DNA of 64,000 nucleotides from an uncultured Syntrophaceae bacterium. Its GTDB lineage: Bacteria; Desulfobacterota; BSN033; UBA1163. The position numbers were made by a program, and so were the translations under genes. Location: NCBI GenBank assembly GCA_964517975.1, contig CAZFDM010000242.1:143-64142 (forward strand), given 5' to 3'. The notes under the pieces are model-generated. The model saw only the letters and a list, made by a program, of their open reading frames with translations, did not search any database and was not told the DNA's origin. Shown in pieces: positions 57,798 to 64,000 of this stretch (the stretch's first letter is position 1; each line of letters opens with the position of its first letter).

Positions 57798-59765
57798 CTA
57801 AACTAACAACCTAAATTTTGTATGAGGAAAAGAAGACATCTTCAGGAATATTAATAACGCAATGAAGACAATAATGGCCCCTACAGTAGCTTGCCATTTG
57901 GGATACAATAATAGGACCCCAATGGCAAAAACTAAAATTCTCTGGTAAATTGACAATCTCCCGTAGAAAAAAAGCCATCCTTCCATCGATGATCCCAAAA
58001 AGACAGCACCTGGGATGGCTGTAATCACTGCTAATACGACATCCCATAATGGCCCTATCATAATTAAAGCAGGATTGATAGCGAAGAAGAAAGGTACGAT
58101 ATATTTGGCTGACCCCAACTTCATCGATTGATATCCTGTAGCCATTGGATTTCCTCCAGCAATGGCTGCAGCTGTAATTGATCCCAAGGCCACAGGTGGA
58201 GTGATGTAGGAAAGAGCACCCCAATAGAGTACAAATAGATGACAGGCCATTGGATTCAATCCTATTTTAACGAGAGCAGGAACCATGACAATTGCCAAAA
58301 AGACATAACATGCAGTGACAGTCATCCCCATCCCTAAGATAAAACTGGTGAGGGCTCCTAAGAAGAGGAGAAGTAGATAATTATCTCCCGCTAAGATGAC
58401 AAGCTCTCTTGAGAAGGAGTTGGCCACACCAGTCCCAGAAAGGGATCCAACGATCAAACCGACCCCTGCCAAAATGGCAGTTATCTGGGCCATGAGTTTG
58501 CCTGATTCGAAAAGGAAGTCCACTATTTTCCTCCAAGTAAGCCGTGTACTCTTACGGATCATAGCACAGCCAAAGAGGAATACCATGGTGTAGAAGGGGG
58601 CCCACGATTCCATCCTCACATAGAAGAGGATAAAGGTTAATAGGATAATTGAGCCGAAAAAGAACCATCCCTCTTTTAATGTCTTCCAGAAATTGGGTAA
58701 ATCTTTTCTTGGTAATCCTACCAAATTTGATTTGGCTGCATAGGCATCTACCTGGGTATAAAGAGTGATATAGTAAAGAACAGCAGGAAAGAATGCTGAG
58801 AGGATTACCTTAGAATATGGTACAGCTAAAAATGAAGCGATCAAGAACCCCGCCGCTCCCATAATGGGTGGTGTAATCGTCCCTCCTGTAGAAGCACAGG
58901 CTTCCACCGCACCAGCAAAGTTTGGGGTATAGCCTGTCTTCTTCATTGCAGGGATGGTGACCGAACCGGTAGTGACAACATTGGAAATCACACTTCCACT
59001 GAGCATGGCCATAAAAGCGCTCGATAGGACTGCGACCTTTGCTGCCCCTCCTCTGGTATGGCCTAAAACCGAGAGGGCGAAGTCCATGAAGAATTTACCT
59101 CCCCCAGAGGTCACAAGGGCTACACCAAAAATGATGAAACCTGCCAACAGTTCACCTACGACTTTAGTCGGAATACCAATGATACTCTCTACCCCCATTG
59201 CATGGTAACGGGCGGCCTGCGAAAAGGTAAAGGGATTTCCCCAAAATAATCCAGGAAGAAACTCACCATAAAGAGGATAAAAAGAAAAGATGGCACAGAT
59301 GACGAAAAGAATATTTCCTCCTGCTCGTCTGACCCCCTCGAGCGCAATAAACCATAAGATAAAACTCGCGACGGTTGGAATCAGGGGTGCTTGGAACTCC
59401 CATCCTTTTGTTAAGATGTCGTAGGCATGAAAGGCAAGGTAAAGATTAGTCATTACACAGAGGATAAAGAGTAACCAATCGTACCAAATTACCCGACCTT
59501 TGCTTTTTTCAGTTGAAGGATAAAGAAGAAAGGTCAAGGATAAGAAGGTGGCTAATAGATAGTAAAAGTAGGCAGTCCCGATAGGCATAAAACCTGCTAA
59601 TTGCAAATGAAATAGTTGGTTGATAATAATGATTAGTCCAATCCCGGATAAGGCTACACAAATAGTATAGATAAAGGTTCCTACTCGGGATTTTTCATCT
59701 ATTATTTTCCTCTCTTGGGGAAGGGCCAAATTTTCATGCATATCAGGTTTTCTCCTAATAAACAA
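57798..59765 (-). CDS. TRAP transporter fused permease (TAXI-associated)
   Basis: 655-aa polytopic membrane protein adjacent to the TAXI receptor gene. Confidence 0.8.
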   Translation of the reverse strand: MFIRRKPDMHENLALPQERKIIDEKSRVGTFIYTICVALSGIGLIIIINQLFHLQLAGFMPIGTAYFYYLLATFLSLTFLLYPSTEKSKGRVIWYDWLLFILCVMTNLYLAFHAYDILTKGWEFQAPLIPTVASFILWFIALEGVRRAGGNILFVICAIFSFYPLYGEFLPGLFWGNPFTFSQAARYHAMGVESIIGIPTKVVGELLAGFIIFGVALVTSGGGKFFMDFALSVLGHTRGGAAKVAVLSSAFMAMLSGSVISNVVTTGSVTIPAMKKTGYTPNFAGAVEACASTGGTITPPIMGAAGFLIASFLAVPYSKVILSAFFPAVLYYITLYTQVDAYAAKSNLVGLPRKDLPNFWKTLKEGWFFFGSIILLTFILFYVRMESWAPFYTMVFLFGCAMIRKSTRLTWRKIVDFLFESGKLMAQITAILAGVGLIVGSLSGTGVANSFSRELVILAGDNYLLLLFLGALTSFILGMGMTVTACYVFLAIVMVPALVKIGLNPMACHLFVLYWGALSYITPPVALGSITAAAIAGGNPMATGYQSMKLGSAKYIVPFFFAINPALIMIGPLWDVVLAVITAIPGAVFLGSSMEGWLFFYGRLSIYQRILVFAIGVLLLYPKWQATVGAIIVFIALLIFLKMSSFPHTKFRLLV

Positions 59766-59825
59766 GAGGTGGGTCCCCTCTTTATTTTGAAGGGGACCCT
59801 ATCATTTAATTTTTCATCTCACTGA

Positions 59826-60980
59826 CTAATCCTGTGGGACCTCTTCCCTTATTTTCATCCATAGGGCTTCAAAATCTTTTGATTCCAATTTTTGAGCCCT
59901 TCCCATGGCAATAGCCTTTGCCCATGCCTTTTCTAAATTCTTTATACGTTTTACATACTTATCGTTCCAGGCCTGGTATTCTGGGGTCCATATCCCTTTC
60001 TCTTTAAAATATTTTATTGCTCCTTCATGAAAAGGGGCATCGACAGGTGGTACTCCAGCCTGGTCGATACGCCACCAAGGCATGGTTGGGTGCGCTTTTT
60101 CATAGAGTGGGAAGGTTTCATCCAAAGCCTTTGTTAAATTATAGACATAATCAAAAGAGGTATCTGCATAGACCGTTCCGATAGGATATCGGTATTGAAC
60201 CAGTTGGGCTGGATTATCCTTTGAGAGTCCTGCCCCAACTGTTTCTGTGAAAGGTTTTAAATAGGGTGCTATTTTCAACATTCTCTTCCAACCCTCTTTG
60301 TCCTCAGGAGGAAAGGGGGGATAATGAACACCTTTTGGAGTACTTGCCAATTCATAAATAAGACTTGCAGTGGTCGTCCCGCAGATCGCATCGACTTGTC
60401 CAGCGATCAAACCCTTTGCAGTGGCGGCATAACTTGGAAATTCTACCTTCTTCACATCATCCCAAGTCAGATTGGCAAAAGCCAGATAAGCCTCCATCTT
60501 TACATTTAGAGATGGATTTCCAGGAATCCAAGAAACCCTTTTCCCCTTGAGGTCTCTTAATGTTTTAATCCCACTTTCTTTGGTGGTAATAACAGCGTGG
60601 GCAGTGGGAAGGGCGAGTATAACTCTCAGATCTTGGGGACCCCATTCGTAAGTAGCGAAGTCATAAACCCCCTCGGCGGCAAAGTGTGCTTCTGTGGCTA
60701 ACCATGCCACCTCAACCCTTTTTGTTTTTAGGGGCATGATTCTTCCAATTGAGGTTCCTGAAGGCATCAACCGAACCCTGATTCCATACTTCTTAAGCAA
60801 GGCATCAGCCATTGCCGAGGCATGAACGTAACCAGTGGAACCTACATCATAGCAACTCCACAAGAGAGTTTCTGGGAGTTTGACTGAGCTCACGGTCTGG
60901 GCCGAACCATTGATACTTAGAAATACAAGAGCAAAGATTAGGATAATAAAGATTAAACATTTTTTAATTATAAACCTCAT
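59826..60980 (-). CDS. TAXI-family TRAP transporter solute receptor
   Basis: Signal peptide plus periplasmic binding fold, 384 aa. Confidence 0.75.
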   Translation of the reverse strand: MRFIIKKCLIFIILIFALVFLSINGSAQTVSSVKLPETLLWSCYDVGSTGYVHASAMADALLKKYGIRVRLMPSGTSIGRIMPLKTKRVEVAWLATEAHFAAEGVYDFATYEWGPQDLRVILALPTAHAVITTKESGIKTLRDLKGKRVSWIPGNPSLNVKMEAYLAFANLTWDDVKKVEFPSYAATAKGLIAGQVDAICGTTTASLIYELASTPKGVHYPPFPPEDKEGWKRMLKIAPYLKPFTETVGAGLSKDNPAQLVQYRYPIGTVYADTSFDYVYNLTKALDETFPLYEKAHPTMPWWRIDQAGVPPVDAPFHEGAIKYFKEKGIWTPEYQAWNDKYVKRIKNLEKAWAKAIAMGRAQKLESKDFEALWMKIREEVPQD

Positions 60981-61134
60981 ATGACCCTCCTTTCAGATAA
61001 TATTTGGTTTTTCATCCAAAATTATGAAAAATTAAATCACCTCCTTTCTCATAAAGTTGAAGATCCCATTTCTTTAATTAAGTGATGGATAAAGATTACT
61101 GCATTCCTTCTAAGGTAAAGATGGTTGGTCTACT

Positions 61135-62460
61135 TACCTCTGTTTGGAGTATTTCTAAAGCCCGCAATACATACTTTCGGCGCAAGGCCTTTTCTTGATC
61201 TTTAGTTAAAACGGAATTTCCAACCACGCAGGTAATACTTTGCCCCTGCAAGATTCGATTAACTCCAACCATTTGGGCTACATTCGGAACTGCAGTAATT
61301 TGAACAACAGGGATACCTCTCTTCTCAATTCTTGATGCGATCGTTGCACCGCAACGAGTGCTGGAGCCTCAGGTTGAGGTGAGAATAACAGCATTAATTC
61401 CTCCCCGCCTCTTGATCTCCTCTCCCATCTCCTCCCCCATTTCAGCACATCTTCTCGAGATGGTGGCATTGCCGGAGGTAGAGAAAAACGATGGATGGAG
61501 TTTTCCGATCTTCCCCTCTTTCATAAGTTCACGCATCACATCTACTGGAACCAGTCGATTTGGATCTCTCAAGACATGCACTGGGAAATAACCTGTATGG
61601 GCGATCTCGTAATTAGAGGAGTCGTAATTCTCTGGGAGAAAAGTATCTATATCATAAATAGCCCAACGGAGATTTCCCCTCCCACTCAATCCATGAGGGT
61701 TCCCTCTGGGGACCAATCCCCCATCACTAATCAGGACAATTTCACAGGTGCGAAGATCCTTGAGGGGTGGAGGAGGCTCCACTCTTTCAAACTTTGGAAG
61801 AATGACCTCGCTCTCAAAGGGGTCTCCCTTAATCTTGGCCAGTAGCTTATCGACACTTCTTCGGGCAGCTGTTTTATCCGTATACTCATTTCTAAGAAGG
61901 TATCGAGTAAAATAATGAAATTCCTCAGGTTTCGGGAGATTCTCCCTGGAGACCAGATAAACTCCTTTCTCTCCAGATATTAGTTGAAAGGCAAGTTTAA
62001 CCATTCGCTCTATGCTGATTGCCATATCCCTTGCGCTGTTTCCAGTCTTACAGATATAGGCATATTTTCGATACATCTCCACGCCAGGATTTTCTTCATG
62101 CATCCCTGTAATCGCTGGGATGCCAAGTTTTTCACCGACTATCTTACAAATCGCGCCACAGGCCACTCCATACCTTCCCGCTGCAAAGGCTGGGCCTGCA
62201 AAAAAGAGGTCAGGTTGATAGGGCTCAATCAATTTCAGGCCTTCTTCTGAAACGAGTTCAGGATTTTTTGAAAAGGTGTTATCCCCGCAGATGAGCGTCG
62301 CTATTACATTGGCTTTATCCCCCAATACTTTTTGTAAAACAGCCCCAGGACCTATTGGGCCTGCCATTACTATAAAACCAATATCTGCTTTTTCCTCACC
62401 CCCCACTTGACCAAAAAATTGATTTAGGTAATGGACCACTTTCAATTTTTTTTGTACCAT
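61135..62460 (-). CDS. grdB: Glycine/sarcosine/betaine reductase component B beta-type selenoprotein (GrdB/GrdF/GrdH family), Sec at TGA 61369-61371
   Basis: MVQKKLKVVHYLNQFFGQ N-terminus. ORF-track stop after ...GINAVILTST is followed in frame by U-GSSTRCGATIASRIEKRGIPVV...ALEILQTR, cf. GrdB ILTSTUGTCTRCGAT. cgttgc-acc-gcaacg hairpin 12 nt after the UGA. Confidence 0.85.
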
Positions 62461-62485
62461 CTAAACCCTCCAATAGAGCTTCGCC

Positions 62486-63778
62486 CTAATATTCTTTCAC
62501 AATGATATTGGCTCCTCCAAGGTGATCATGCACTCCAGCGATTAAAAATTGTTCAACATCAATGACAGGGTCACCAGCATGTTGCTCAATGGGATCTGGA
62601 CAATAGATTTTCGTATCGGCGGTCCCTCCTAAAAATCTCACTGCGTCTAAAGGAACCTTAATCCTTTCCATGGTGGCTCCAACAGTAATAATCAGGTCCA
62701 CTGCTTCTGTGTTGAAGAGTAAGGTTTCTGCAAGTGTTCCATAACTAATCAAGGGCTGGATAAAGATGGCAGTTTTGACTCCAAGCTTCTCACACTCTTC
62801 TGCCACCATTGCCAAATCAACATGGGGCAATCCTCCATGAATTTTTGTGAGAACCACACCATCTGCACCTAATACATTTTTTATCAGATTAGAAGCCATT
62901 ACTGCCTGCCTTTTTCTGGGGATGGGCTCCATATTGGCCACTCCACACACAACCCCAGCAAAGATCAGATCTTTGCCATGCCGGCTGTAAAGTTCTTTAA
63001 TAACTCCATGGTTTTGGATCGTATAAGTGTCGAGGGCTCGAATGGTATGAGCCCCAACTACCCCTCCATCCAAGACCTCATTGGGATGAAGAATGGTGGG
63101 TGTCAGGTTTCGGACATCTGATCCATAAAAACAGGGATCAGATACTCCGAGATGATCGTGCTGAGGGCTATAAAGTTGGTAGTAATAAGCGATTCGGGGA
63201 AGGTCCGATTTTGTAAAGAGTTTTGGGATATCCAACTCATATATCTCCACTTCATCCACTGGATGTCCTTCTGCACATCGGGCAAGATAGACCGCTGTCT
63301 TTAAACCCGCGATCTTTACAGCATCTTCAAAATCGCGATCCTCTATATCTTCTGAAATAGTTGGGGAGATGTGGACATGGTGCATCTTTCCATATCGACT
63401 TATTTCTGGAATAAGACCCGACATATCCAGAAGGGCCGAGTATTTCCGATTCGTAAATGGATTCGAAACCAGCACGCTGACTCCTCGTAAGGACCTGGTA
63501 CGTCCACTCCCGGCAACTTGCAATCTGCCAATGAAACCCGGAAAGTCCGCCTCGACCTTATCGATCTTACAACGAGGTTGAACCACATCCATGAGATTGA
63601 CAATACGCACCCTTTCCCCAGGATGAATTAGATTGATATCAACCGATTTAATTCGCCTATCCTGGAGGAGAATTTCTTTTAACTCTTTAAGATGGACGTA
63701 TAAAACTCTATCCTTTGCGTAGGTCTTAGACCCTGGATGGACATCTTTAATATCAATCGATTCAATCTCAAGTCTCAT
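62486..63778 (-). CDS. grdE: Glycine/sarcosine/betaine reductase component B alpha-type proprotein (GrdE/GrdG/GrdI family)
   Basis: MRLEIESIDIKDVHPGSKTYAKDRVLYVHLKEL N-terminus typical of GrdE-type proproteins; directly upstream of grdB. Confidence 0.7.
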   Translation of the reverse strand: MRLEIESIDIKDVHPGSKTYAKDRVLYVHLKELKEILLQDRRIKSVDINLIHPGERVRIVNLMDVVQPRCKIDKVEADFPGFIGRLQVAGSGRTRSLRGVSVLVSNPFTNRKYSALLDMSGLIPEISRYGKMHHVHISPTISEDIEDRDFEDAVKIAGLKTAVYLARCAEGHPVDEVEIYELDIPKLFTKSDLPRIAYYYQLYSPQHDHLGVSDPCFYGSDVRNLTPTILHPNEVLDGGVVGAHTIRALDTYTIQNHGVIKELYSRHGKDLIFAGVVCGVANMEPIPRKRQAVMASNLIKNVLGADGVVLTKIHGGLPHVDLAMVAEECEKLGVKTAIFIQPLISYGTLAETLLFNTEAVDLIITVGATMERIKVPLDAVRFLGGTADTKIYCPDPIEQHAGDPVIDVEQFLIAGVHDHLGGANIIVKEY

Positions 63779-63885
63779 ATCAACCTCTTTTTCTTTGAGA
63801 GAAAGAATTGGTATAACGCTTGTTTAAGCCCTTTTGCGAATGGGTTCAAATTCTTTTCTTTCTGAGTGATTATCCAAATCGTCAT

Positions 63886-64000
63886 TTATGAAGAGCCTCC
63901 CATGATAAAGGGAGATTCCATCTTTAAAAGGGCATCAGAGATCTCCCTTCCGGTTTGGATGAGGATGGGAGCTATATTTTTCTCCAACTCACTCCGGCTA
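63886..64000 (-). CDS. 3' end of an unidentified gene running off the window edge
   Basis: Open frame ...ELEKNIAPILIQTGREISDALLKMESPFIMGGSS ending at TAA 63886-63888. Confidence 0.3.
   Translation of the reverse strand, partial: SRSELEKNIAPILIQTGREISDALLKMESPFIMGGSS

Noticed and set aside
1-64000. CRISPR arrays or rRNA genes
   Set aside because: No regularly spaced direct repeats of 25-40 bp with unique spacers, and no rRNA-like conserved segments. The only repeat clusters are the short motif arrays described above.

Overview
This 64-kb window looks like it comes from an anaerobic bacterium that uses selenocysteine (Sec) and sigma-54. Almost every gene lies on the minus strand.

Five genes that the ORF track splits or truncates at in-frame TGA codons read through as Sec codons when translated by hand. 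They are a peroxiredoxin, a CoA-disulfide-reductase/NADH-oxidase homolog, GrdA, GrdB and an SCP2-type thiolase. In the thiolase the TGA falls exactly at the catalytic nucleophile position and is followed by a hairpin with a GUU loop.

Contents by region:
- 13-1802: a complete IS element with 23-bp perfect terminal inverted repeats.
- 1945-5676: a thiolase/DUF35/enoyl-CoA hydratase set.
- 5805-6509: a VapBC-like toxin-antitoxin pair, the only plus-strand genes.
- 7911-10051: FeoAB iron uptake.
- 11188-14280: a GlpA-like, NAD(P)/FAD-oxidoreductase and DUF1667 trio.
- 14631-26178: a redox and oxidative-stress block with thioredoxin, a PerR-like Fur regulator, the Sec peroxiredoxin, the Sec NADH-oxidase homolog and three metallo-beta-lactamase-fold hydrolases.
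- 29312-37763: a 15-gene co-directional cluster that looks like a metallocluster or Fe-S maturation system. It has two MinD-like ATPases with 4Fe-4S inserts, IscU, a radical-SAM protein, DUF1858, PaaI, three DUF5320 proteins, three NifX/NafY-like proteins and Mrp/NBP35. A sigma-54 promoter and a PAS sigma-54 activator sit at its head.
- 39225-44018: a branched-chain amino-acid (Liv) ABC transporter.
- 44133-47110: a two-subunit FAD/CCG dehydrogenase of the GlcD/GlcF type.
- 47177-54395: a corrinoid methyltransferase system (MtaA-like, MtrH-like, corrinoid protein, GntR regulator). Its reductive activase carries an inserted GltD-like NAD(P)H/FAD/Fe-S module.
- 55310-63778: a glycine/betaine/sarcosine-reductase cluster (GrdE-like, GrdB, GrdA, thioredoxin with a CAPC motif, GrdC-like) interrupted by a TAXI-TRAP transporter.

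No rRNA, tRNA or CRISPR array was recognised.
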